Assembly (NCBI GenBank): GCA_900549105.1
Contig: URND01000002.1
Location: 3,581-67,580 of the forward strand
Direction: 5' to 3'
Length of the DNA stretch: 64,000 nucleotides
From: an uncultured Eubacteriales bacterium
Lineage (GTDB): Bacteria; Bacillota; Clostridia; Lachnospirales; Lachnospiraceae
The position numbers were made by a program, and so were the translations under genes. The notes beneath the pieces were generated by a model. That model did no database searches, was not told the DNA's origin, and saw only the letters and a program-made list of their open reading frames with translations. Below, piece after piece: positions 32,917 through 41,458 of this stretch (positions are counted from its first letter, which is position 1; each line of letters starts with the position of its first letter).

Positions 32917-35168
32917 TGGAAAAGAGAGAAATTCAGGCTCAGAAGGTGCTTTTTGACAGTGGAAATGAGCTGGCGGCCTATGCGGCAAAGCAGATTAATT
33001 ATCATGTTATGGGATATTATCCGATTACACCTTCCACCCAGATTGCGGAAAATCTGGATGCGATGAAGGCGGAAGGGCTTCATGATATATCGCTGGTGGC
33101 TGCGGAAGGCGAACACAGTGCGGCGGGGATTTGTTATGGAGCTTCGGCCTGCGGAGGCCGGGTGTTCAATGCGACCAGTGCAAACGGACTTTTATATGCG
33201 CTGGAGCAGCTGCCTGTCCAGTCGGGAACCCGTTTTCCGATGGTGATGAATGTGGCCTGCCGGACCGTCTCCGGCCCTCTGTCGATTAAGGGGGACCACA
33301 GTGATATCATGTATGCCTTAAATACGGGGTGGATTATTCTTTTTGCCGATACGCCTCAGGCTGTTTACGATATGAATATATGCGGATTGAAGCTGGCGGA
33401 AAAAGTGAATCTTCCGGTGATTGTGGCCTTTGACGGCTTTTTTACAAGTCATCAGAAACGGCGATGCATGGTTTTTGAGTCGGACGAGGTTGTCCGGGAA
33501 TTTGTCGGCAGGCGGGAGCCGGAGGTGGATTTGCTGGATATGAACCATCCGGTCACCATCGGTTCCTATATGAATGAACCGGATATTATCAATAATAAAT
33601 ACCAGCTTCATCAGGCGATGAAATCAGCGGAAAAATGGCTGCCGACGATTTATGAGGAATATGGAGAGATTTCCGGGCGGAATTATGGAACGGCACAGGA
33701 ATATCAGATGGAAGATGCGGAAATTGCTGTTTTTATTCTGGGTTCGGCTTATCATACGATGCGCTCTGCTGTTCAGAAGCTCCGCGCTGAGGGCAAGAAA
33801 GTCGGCGTGTTTACCGCCGGTGTTCTTCGGCCGTTTCCGGCGGAAGCTCTTTACAACATTTGTAAAAATGTAAAAACAGTGATTGTTGCCGACAGGCAGG
33901 ACAGCTACGGCGCCGGCGGCGGAAATATGACGCTGGAAATCAAGGCAATGCTTCAGAGTTTTGGCAGGGGCGGTAATGATATTCGGGTACTCAGCCGGAT
34001 TTACGGCCTTGGCGGTAAAGATTTTTACGCTGAGGACGGTGAAATGCTTTTTCGGGAGGGTGAGAATCCGAAGGCCAAAGCCTTTGATTATATCGGAGTG
34101 ACGAAGGGTATCGGCGGCCGGGAGGAAATACAATATTATGAGCCGATTAGGAAAGAGGCGGCCTCGCCGGGAATTATCCGTCGGAGCATAAACCCGGAAA
34201 ACGGCCATGTTCAGATTGAAAATGCCCGAATCAATGAATTGACTGCCATGCCGAAGCGTCTCAGCCCGGGGCATGGGGCCTGTCCGGGATGCGGAATTCC
34301 GGTAAACGTAAACCTTCTGCTTAAAGGTATTGAAGGCCATGTGGTTATATTGTTTCAGACCGGCTGCGGCATGGTGGTGACTACCGGTTATCCGAAAACT
34401 TCTTTTAAAATACCTTATATTCATAACCTGTTTCAGAATGGGGCGGCAACTTTATCCGGAGTCGTCGAAATGTTTAAACAGCGGCAGAAACGGGGCGAAT
34501 ACCCGGAAGGCGATGTTACCTTTGTGATGGTCAGCGGCGACGGCGGTATGGATATCGGTTTGGGCTCGGCGATCGGCGCGGCTCTCCGGGGAAGTCATTT
34601 GATTTTGCTGGAGTATGATAACGGCGGATATATGAATACGGGATATCAGTTGTCCTACTCCACACCGATGGGGGCAAAAAGTTCGACTTCCCATGTGGGG
34701 CCGAAGCAATACGGAAAAACCTTCTTCCATAAAGATACGGCAGCGATTATGGCGGCCACGGGAATGCCTTATGTGGCAATGGCCGCCGAGTCCAATCCGG
34801 CGGATTTTGTAAAGAAAGCGGCAAAGGCCCAGGTTTACGCCAAATCCGAGGGAATGGCTTATATCCGTGCATTATCGGCCTGCCCGCTGAACTGGTCCGA
34901 TAAACCGGAGGAAGAGCGGACCATCATAGGAAAGGCTGTGGACTGCTGTTACTTCCCGCTTTACGAAGTGGAAAAAGGGCAGACATCTTTGAGTTACAAC
35001 CCGGAAAAGACGAATAAAAAAATCCCGGTGCTTGATTGGCTGTCATTGATGGGACGGACACGGCATTTGGGAAAACCCCAGTACAGGGGCGTTGTTGAGG
35101 ACATCCAAAAAGAAATCGACAGACGGTGGGAACGGCTGAAAGCCCTTTCCGACCATCCGTTGTTATAA
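32916..35168 (+). CDS. 2-oxoacid:ferredoxin oxidoreductase alpha-beta fusion (TPP-binding)
   Basis: The alpha-type N-terminus is 'GYYPITPSTQIAE'. The beta/TPP region is 'TGCGMVVTTGYP' and 'MVSGDGGMDIGLG'. The start overlaps the gamma-delta gene (ATAATGG). Confidence 0.8.
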   Translation: MEKREIQAQKVLFDSGNELAAYAAKQINYHVMGYYPITPSTQIAENLDAMKAEGLHDISLVAAEGEHSAAGICYGASACGGRVFNATSANGLLYALEQLPVQSGTRFPMVMNVACRTVSGPLSIKGDHSDIMYALNTGWIILFADTPQAVYDMNICGLKLAEKVNLPVIVAFDGFFTSHQKRRCMVFESDEVVREFVGRREPEVDLLDMNHPVTIGSYMNEPDIINNKYQLHQAMKSAEKWLPTIYEEYGEISGRNYGTAQEYQMEDAEIAVFILGSAYHTMRSAVQKLRAEGKKVGVFTAGVLRPFPAEALYNICKNVKTVIVADRQDSYGAGGGNMTLEIKAMLQSFGRGGNDIRVLSRIYGLGGKDFYAEDGEMLFREGENPKAKAFDYIGVTKGIGGREEIQYYEPIRKEAASPGIIRRSINPENGHVQIENARINELTAMPKRLSPGHGACPGCGIPVNVNLLLKGIEGHVVILFQTGCGMVVTTGYPKTSFKIPYIHNLFQNGAATLSGVVEMFKQRQKRGEYPEGDVTFVMVSGDGGMDIGLGSAIGAALRGSHLILLEYDNGGYMNTGYQLSYSTPMGAKSSTSHVGPKQYGKTFFHKDTAAIMAATGMPYVAMAAESNPADFVKKAAKAQVYAKSEGMAYIRALSACPLNWSDKPEEERTIIGKAVDCCYFPLYEVEKGQTSLSYNPEKTNKKIPVLDWLSLMGRTRHLGKPQYRGVVEDIQKEIDRRWERLKALSDHPLL

Positions 35169-35192
35169 ATTTAAAATTCAGGAGGAAGAATA

Positions 35193-35816
35193 ATGGATTT
35201 CAGAGAAAGTGAAACAATGAAAAATTTAATGCGGGCTTTTGCAGGCGAAAGTCAGGCGAGAAACAGATATACAATGGCGGCATCTCAGGCAAAAGCCAAC
35301 GGCTTGTATGTGATTGAAACCGTGTTTACCTTTACCGCGGATCAGGAAAAAGAACATGCGAAATTATTTTACAGCCATTTAAAAGATATGGCCGGCGAGA
35401 CCATTGCTATCGACGGCGGCTACCCGGTGGACATTGCCCCGGAGGTATCCAAATTGCTCCGCATGGCGCAGCACAACGAATTGGAAGAGTACGATGATGT
35501 GTACAAACATTTCGGCGATACGGCCAAACAGGAAGGATTTGCCCAGATTGGAAATCTTTTCCACAACATTGCAGCCGTTGAGAAAACCCATGCGGACCGC
35601 TTTGAGCATTTCGCACAGCTCATGGAGCAGGGCAAACTTTTTGTGGCTGACCAGGAAACCGCCTGGATGTGCTTAAACTGCGGCTATATTTATACCGGCA
35701 AAGAAGCCCCGAAGGCCTGCCCGGTGTGCCGGCATGAGCAGGGATATTTTATCCGACAGGTGATGGCGCCATTTGATTTTTCACAGGTGAGCTGCCTTTG
35801 CGGCTGCCAAAACTAA
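35193..35816 (+). CDS. Rubrerythrin (diiron four-helix bundle plus C-terminal rubredoxin-like Cys4)
   Basis: 'NLMRAFAGESQARNRY' and 'EKEHAKLF' are ferritin-like E..H motifs. The C-terminus has 'CLNCGY...CPVC'. Confidence 0.85.
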   Translation: MDFRESETMKNLMRAFAGESQARNRYTMAASQAKANGLYVIETVFTFTADQEKEHAKLFYSHLKDMAGETIAIDGGYPVDIAPEVSKLLRMAQHNELEEYDDVYKHFGDTAKQEGFAQIGNLFHNIAAVEKTHADRFEHFAQLMEQGKLFVADQETAWMCLNCGYIYTGKEAPKACPVCRHEQGYFIRQVMAPFDFSQVSCLCGCQN

Positions 35817-35843
35817 AGACAAAAACTAAAGGCAGATGATTGC

Positions 35844-35869
35844 GGCAGGCGGATTGCCTGCCGTTTTTA
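35844..35869 (+). terminator. rho-independent terminator after the rubrerythrin gene
   Basis: The stem CGGCAGGC / GCCTGCCG has a GGATT loop and is followed by TTTTT. Confidence 0.75.
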
Positions 35870-35971
35870 AATAGCGCCCTGCTATTTGCTGTATTGCCGA
35901 GTCGATGCTTGTATTCCCGCAGATTTTATTGTAACATAAATGATAGAAATCAGTGTGAGGTGACAAACAGG

Positions 35972-37147
35972 ATGGGGAAAGCGGAAATCTGTCCGGTACA
36001 TAAAAAATGCGGCGGCCCCTGCCGTTATCAGGGTGTGCCCTATGAGGAACAGTTAAAAATAAAAGAAAAAATGGTTGGAAAACTGATGGGAAAATATTGC
36101 AAAATCCATCCTATCGTGGGGATGGAAAATCCAACCCACTATCGGAATAAAGTTCATGCAGTTTTTGACAGGGACAGAAAGGGAAACATTATTTCCGGCG
36201 TGTACAGAGAGGGTACCCATCAGGTTATCCCTGTGGAATCCTGCATGATTGAGGATGAATTGGCAGATGAAATCATAGGGACGATTCGCAAGCTGGCGAA
36301 ATCTTTCAAGATAAAAACTTATGATGAGGATACGGGATACGGACTGCTGCGGCATGTGCTTGTGAAACGGGGATTTGCCACGGGGCAGATTATGGTGGTT
36401 ATCATTACCGGTTCCCCGGTGTTCCCTTCCCGCAATAACTTTGTCAAGGCGCTTTTAAAAGAGCATCCGCAGATTACAACAATTATTCATAATATCAATG
36501 ATAAGCGGACGAGCATGGTTTTGGGCGAGCGGGAAAAAGTGCTCTACGGCAAGGGTTATATCGAGGATATTCTCTGCGGCAAAAAATTCCGTATCTCGGC
36601 AAAATCTTTCTACCAGGTGAATCCGGTTCAGACGGAGGTGCTTTATAAAAAGGCCATCGAGGCGGCAGGCTTTACCGGAAAAGAGTATGTGATTGATGCT
36701 TACTGCGGTATTGGCACTATCGGTATGATTGCCAGTGATTACGTGGATGAGGTGATTGGCGTTGAACTTAATCGGGATGCCGTCCGGGATGCCATCGGCA
36801 ATGCGAAGGCAAACAACATAAAAAATATCCGTTTTGTCTGCGATGATGCAGGAAAATTCATGGTAAAACTGGCCGCAGCGGCTCAGCGGGATAAAAGCGT
36901 CCGTCTGCCGGATGTGGTTCTTATGGACCCGCCGAGGAGCGGCAGCGACGAAGCCTTTCTGAGTTCCCTCGTGAAAATGAATCCAAAGACAGTTGTGTAT
37001 GTCTCCTGCAACCCGGTGACCCTGGAGCGGGATGTGAAATGGCTTGAGAAAAAGGGATATAAGGCAAGGGGCGTGTGGCCGGTGGACATGTTCCCGGCGA
37101 CGGAGCATGTGGAGACTATAGTGTCGATACAAAGAAAAGATATGTAG
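35972..37147 (+). CDS. 23S rRNA (uracil-C5)-methyltransferase, RlmD/RumA family (TRAM plus [4Fe-4S] plus class I MTase)
   Basis: The N-terminal Cys cluster is 'CPVHKKCGGPCRY'. Motif I is 'DAYCGIGTIG'. 'PPRSG' and the catalytic Cys in 'YVSCNP' are present. The long ORF from 35840 probably starts at MGKAEI. Confidence 0.8.
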   Translation: MGKAEICPVHKKCGGPCRYQGVPYEEQLKIKEKMVGKLMGKYCKIHPIVGMENPTHYRNKVHAVFDRDRKGNIISGVYREGTHQVIPVESCMIEDELADEIIGTIRKLAKSFKIKTYDEDTGYGLLRHVLVKRGFATGQIMVVIITGSPVFPSRNNFVKALLKEHPQITTIIHNINDKRTSMVLGEREKVLYGKGYIEDILCGKKFRISAKSFYQVNPVQTEVLYKKAIEAAGFTGKEYVIDAYCGIGTIGMIASDYVDEVIGVELNRDAVRDAIGNAKANNIKNIRFVCDDAGKFMVKLAAAAQRDKSVRLPDVVLMDPPRSGSDEAFLSSLVKMNPKTVVYVSCNPVTLERDVKWLEKKGYKARGVWPVDMFPATEHVETIVSIQRKDM

Positions 37148-37488
37148 AAATCCTTAATTTTAGGCATTTTCATAAGCATATTGTGTTTACAGATGAGGGT
37201 GAGAAAATGAGGAATAAGGAGATTAAGGATTACATTAATGTGTCGGTGGTGGTTGATATAGAGTGGGGAGATACAAGAAATTGAACGGAGTATAAACTAG
37301 TATGACATATATATTTTTATGAGCGGACTAGGGGTAATCTCAATATAAGCTTACAATTTTTATGAGTTTCGATAAGATATATTTGCCCTATTATAGTGTT
37401 TTCATAATGTAGCAAAAATGTGTAGAGAATAGGTTAGTAAGATGGTAAAATGTGCATATAGAGTTTTCATGCTAAAGGGGGCTTAATA

Positions 37489-38175
37489 ATGAGATTAGTC
37501 AATTATTGGTATATTGATAAGCAAGGTATAGATAATTTATTATCCCAGATATCTTCAGATTTTATTCAAGAAGAGCATATAAAGATGACTCAAAAAGGAG
37601 CTGGCAGCGTTTCTGGAAATATAGGTTTGGCGAAATTACTTAAACAACTGTTTAATGTAGATGTAAACTTGTCCGGTGGGGTTGAAACTACTCGTACAAT
37701 TGAAAAAGTAGAAATACAACCTTATGAAACAAAAATCCAACATCTCAAAAAGTATATTGAAGAAAATGAAGTTTTGTTGCGTAATAAACAGGAAATATTT
37801 ACAAAGTATGAGCTGGGAAAAACAAACTTTGTTTTTGGCAATATTGAATTTGATACAAAATTAAATGTAAAAAATTGGGAAGAAGCAGTGGGATTTATAC
37901 AGCAATGGGGATATATACCATTTTATAATAACGGTATAAATATGTATGACGAAAGAGATGATTATTTTAAGAATTCTAATGCTATTAATGCTGAAATAGT
38001 AATGAGCATGGGAATTGACAAAATGCAGACTTCCTATTCTGGATTTACTTCACATCTTGCGACTTCATTAAGAAAATTAGGTGGTAAAGACATTCCTTTA
38101 GGAGTTTTCGGACATATTTTGCAACTGAGTTCTGATTTTTATCAAATTAAGCCATATGCTGTTTGGCTAGGATAA
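37489..38175 (+). CDS. hypothetical protein (228 aa, no recognisable domain), first gene of the AT-rich island
   Basis: AAAGGGGG lies 8 nt upstream of the ATG. The ORF has an AT-rich codon composition distinct from the flanking genes. Confidence 0.5.
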   Translation: MRLVNYWYIDKQGIDNLLSQISSDFIQEEHIKMTQKGAGSVSGNIGLAKLLKQLFNVDVNLSGGVETTRTIEKVEIQPYETKIQHLKKYIEENEVLLRNKQEIFTKYELGKTNFVFGNIEFDTKLNVKNWEEAVGFIQQWGYIPFYNNGINMYDERDDYFKNSNAINAEIVMSMGIDKMQTSYSGFTSHLATSLRKLGGKDIPLGVFGHILQLSSDFYQIKPYAVWLG

Positions 38176-38267
38176 ATTGTAGAATGTACAACTTTATAAT
38201 CGCTTCATATATAATTGATAAATAGTTTTTTGTCTAAAATAGAGATAAAAATTTGGGAGGAATTAAA

Positions 38268-40295
38268 ATGATACTACCGTTAAGTGTAAAAAATCAAAGT
38301 ATAGAGTCGTCTGGGATTACGAATGACTATAAGGAAGCTATATGTGAATATATATGGAATGGTCTTGAAGCTCATGCGACAGAAATTAATATTAATTTTA
38401 GTCATAATATTGCCTATGGTATTGATAACCTCTCAATTTCAGATAATGGTGATGGGATTAGTTATGAGGAATTAGGAGATACATTTGGGGCATTTTTGGC
38501 TTCAAAGAAGAATCTTATGTCTTTGAAAATGAAATCTAAAGCGAATAAAGGAAAAGGACGATTTTCTTTTATGGCATTTGCATGTAGTGCAAAATGGACT
38601 ACGGTATATAATGATGGTAAAGAATTAAAAACATATGATATTATTTTGGAAAATGACAAAAAGGAAGTAATAATTTGTACGGAGCCAACAACGTCAATAG
38701 AAAGAAACACAGGTACTAAAGTATTTTTTAGTAATATTTATTCTTTGACAACAGAGAACATGGCTTTTGATGTACTTGAGCCTGTATTACTAAAAGAATT
38801 TGCATGGTTTTTATATTTATTCAAAAATCGAAATATAAGTATTTGTGTAGATGGAACACCTATTAATTATGGAAAATATATTAATACTGAGTTAAGCGAG
38901 AAAGTATCAAAAATAATTGATAATATCAGATTTGAAATTAATTTAGTTGTATGGCAAGAATCTATAAAAGAAAAATTTTGTTGTTATTATTTTGATAGTA
39001 CTGATATTGTAAGGGGTAGAGAAACTACGACATTTAATAGAAATACTATTGATTTTAATCATAGTGTTTTTGTAAAGTCTGAATTTTTTGATGAGAAAGA
39101 TGATATAGAAAAACAATTGGACGCTTTGCAAATTAGTTTGTTTGAATCAGAGGATGACAAAAAAACATTTAAAAAATTAAAAAAATTTATATCTTCTTTT
39201 ATCGAAAAAAAGATTGGAACATATATGTCACAAAGAGCAGAAAAGGCAATAAAAGAGATGATGGAGGAAAGAAAAACCTTTCCGACATTTTCCGATGATG
39301 CTTATGGGAGGATGAGAAAGCAAGACTTAGTAAAGATTACAGAAGAAATATATAAGATTGAACCTAAAATATTTTATAAACTTAAACCTATTCAGGAAAA
39401 ATCTTTGCTTGGATTCTTAAATTTGCTTTTAAATTCTGAGGAAAGAGAGAATGTATTATCAATAATTGAACAAATCGTTGAATTGTCGCCAGAGCAAAGG
39501 CAGGATTTTTCAGATATGTTGAAAAAAACTAAATTGGAAAATATTATAGAGTCTATAAAATTTATAGAGGGTAGATACAAAGTTATAGAACTGCTGAAAA
39601 CTATAGTATACGATTTGACGCAATTTGCTAATGAAAGAGATCATATTCAGAAAATTGTAGAACAACATTTTTGGCTTTTTGGAGAACAATATAATCTTGC
39701 CAGTGCCGATCAGCAGATGAAAAAGGCATTAGAGAAATACATCAATATTTTATATGGAGAAAACGACATTAATGCAACATTAAAGGAGGATGTTGAACAA
39801 GAGCGAAGAATGGATATTTTTATGTGTAATTCAAGAGAAGTCGAGAATTCATTTGAAACAGTGTTAGAAGAGAATATCATTGTAGAATTAAAAGCGCCAA
39901 AAGTTTCGTTATCAAAAAAGGTTTTAAGGCAAGTTGAAGATTATATGGATTTTATAAGAAAACAACCAGACTTTAATAGCGAGTACAGACGGTGGAAATT
40001 TATTGCTGTATGCAGACGAGTTGATGAAGATATAAAAAGTCGTTATGAAACCTTTAAAGATAAAGGAAAAATAGGATTAGTAGTACAAGTAGAAAATTAT
40101 GAAGTGTATGCATACACATGGGACGATGTATTTAAAAGTTTTGAACTAAGACATGCCCCAATTTTGAAGCGGTTAAAATATGACAGAGAACAGTTGGCAA
40201 AAGAACTTATGGATGAAGTTGCATCGGATGAGGGGCGTGGTAAAGTAGATGCTTTAACAGACATAGCGGTATCAACTATTTCAAACGTACAATAA
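38268..40295 (+). CDS. GHKL (histidine-kinase/MORC-type) ATPase fused to a C-terminal PD-(D/E)xK-like nuclease domain
   Basis: GGGAGG lies 8 nt upstream of the ATG at 38268. The N-box-like motif is 'EAICEYIWNGLEAHATEININF', the G1 box is 'ISDNGDGIS' and the G2-like motif is 'GKGRFSFMAF'. The C-terminal 'RMDIFMC...IIVELKAPK' gives a D...E-x-K pattern. Confidence 0.55.
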   Translation: MILPLSVKNQSIESSGITNDYKEAICEYIWNGLEAHATEININFSHNIAYGIDNLSISDNGDGISYEELGDTFGAFLASKKNLMSLKMKSKANKGKGRFSFMAFACSAKWTTVYNDGKELKTYDIILENDKKEVIICTEPTTSIERNTGTKVFFSNIYSLTTENMAFDVLEPVLLKEFAWFLYLFKNRNISICVDGTPINYGKYINTELSEKVSKIIDNIRFEINLVVWQESIKEKFCCYYFDSTDIVRGRETTTFNRNTIDFNHSVFVKSEFFDEKDDIEKQLDALQISLFESEDDKKTFKKLKKFISSFIEKKIGTYMSQRAEKAIKEMMEERKTFPTFSDDAYGRMRKQDLVKITEEIYKIEPKIFYKLKPIQEKSLLGFLNLLLNSEERENVLSIIEQIVELSPEQRQDFSDMLKKTKLENIIESIKFIEGRYKVIELLKTIVYDLTQFANERDHIQKIVEQHFWLFGEQYNLASADQQMKKALEKYINILYGENDINATLKEDVEQERRMDIFMCNSREVENSFETVLEENIIVELKAPKVSLSKKVLRQVEDYMDFIRKQPDFNSEYRRWKFIAVCRRVDEDIKSRYETFKDKGKIGLVVQVENYEVYAYTWDDVFKSFELRHAPILKRLKYDREQLAKELMDEVASDEGRGKVDALTDIAVSTISNVQ

Positions 40296-40341
40296 TCATT
40301 AATAAATTGGGGAATTGCAATAATTGGACACGAAAAAGCAG

Positions 40342-40420
40342 CCAGTCCGTCTAGTGGTGTGCGAAGCGAAAGCCGCTAGTACGGACTAGCCTGTGTTGGA
40401 TTGGCGTAAGCCAATCCAAC
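40342..40420 (+). other. two adjacent stem-loops at the 3' edge of the island
   Basis: The first is an imperfect ~13-bp hairpin (CCAGTCCGTCTAG ... CTAGTACGGACTAG). The second is a perfect 11-bp hairpin GTTGGATTGGC-GTAA-GCCAATCCAAC at 40395-40420. No strong U-tract follows on the + strand. Confidence 0.5.
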
Positions 40421-40587
40421 TTGTATCCCGGATATCTAACAGTGGGGTACAAATACAATAGGAAATAGGAATCAAAATGCTCGAAACGCTGATTATATAA
40501 GGCTTTAGAAGCATTAGGACTGTATGTGACAAAATTGAAAAATATCACATATTCCATAAATAACTGAAAACCGTTGAATCAAGAGAT

Positions 40588-40616
40588 TTGAATTTAGGTA
40601 TTAAGCATAGTATAAT
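40588..40616 (+). promoter_or_regulatory. sigma-A-type promoter of the GntR-family gene
   Basis: The -35 TTGAAT, a 17-nt spacer and the -10 TATAAT lie about 25 nt upstream of the ORF. Confidence 0.5.
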
Positions 40617-40640
40617 GGCAGAAAAGGTTAAGGTGAGATT

Positions 40641-41315
40641 ATGAAAGGGAATAAGATGTTATCACAAAGTGTTGCGGATAATATTCTATCCATGATAACA
40701 ATAGAAAAAAGATTTTCTGTCGGCGATAAATTACCAAATGAACTGGATTTATCAGAAGAATTGAACGTAAGCCGTACTACGCTGCGAGAAGCAATCCGAA
40801 TTTTGGTTGCTTTGGATATACTGGAAATTCAAAGAGGAAAAGGAACATATGTCAAAGAAAATGCATTTAAAAAGCAACAGGATTTAGAACAGCTATCAAA
40901 TATAAAAGTTAATGCGAGAGATTTATATGAAATGCGCTTGATATTTGAACCGGAGGCTGCTTATTATGCTGCTTTAAGGGCAACAGATTCCGAAATAAAG
41001 AGGATATTAGAATTTGGCAAAAAGGTGGAAAAGGAAATCAGCAATCATCAAGACAGAACAGATGATGAACATTCTTTTCACAAAGCGATTGCACAGGCTA
41101 CCCATAATGAATTTATGAATAAACTTATGCCGATTTTATATCAGGCGATTTCAAAGGGAGTATACTTATCTTTACAGAGTGATAAGGCCATTGAAGATAC
41201 AATAAATGACCACAGAATGATTATGGAATTTTTGGAGCAGCGTAATGCAGAGGGCGCCAAAAATGCTATGAAGATTCATATCATGCACGCAATGAAAGAA
41301 TTAGGACTTGATTAA
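40641..41315 (+). CDS. GntR-family transcriptional regulator (FadR/FCD subfamily)
   Basis: The N-terminal wHTH is 'LPNELDLSEELNVSRTTLREAIRILVALDILEIQRGKGTYV' and the C-terminus is an all-helical FCD-like domain. Confidence 0.8.
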   Translation: MKGNKMLSQSVADNILSMITIEKRFSVGDKLPNELDLSEELNVSRTTLREAIRILVALDILEIQRGKGTYVKENAFKKQQDLEQLSNIKVNARDLYEMRLIFEPEAAYYAALRATDSEIKRILEFGKKVEKEISNHQDRTDDEHSFHKAIAQATHNEFMNKLMPILYQAISKGVYLSLQSDKAIEDTINDHRMIMEFLEQRNAEGAKNAMKIHIMHAMKELGLD

Positions 41316-41458
41316 CATTCTAGGTTCTTGCCCTGAAGGCAGGGACCTATATTTTTGAATATAGACATCATACAACTAATTGACATCATACAAATTAGAG
41401 AATATAATCAGAGTGAGAATAGGATTCTTAATATAATGATTTTAGGAGGCATGATGAA

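Noticed and set aside
40351-40557. 68-aa minus-strand ORF covering the hairpin region downstream of the island
   Set aside because: It has no RBS, overlaps the stem-loops and has no recognisable sequence features. It is almost certainly non-coding.
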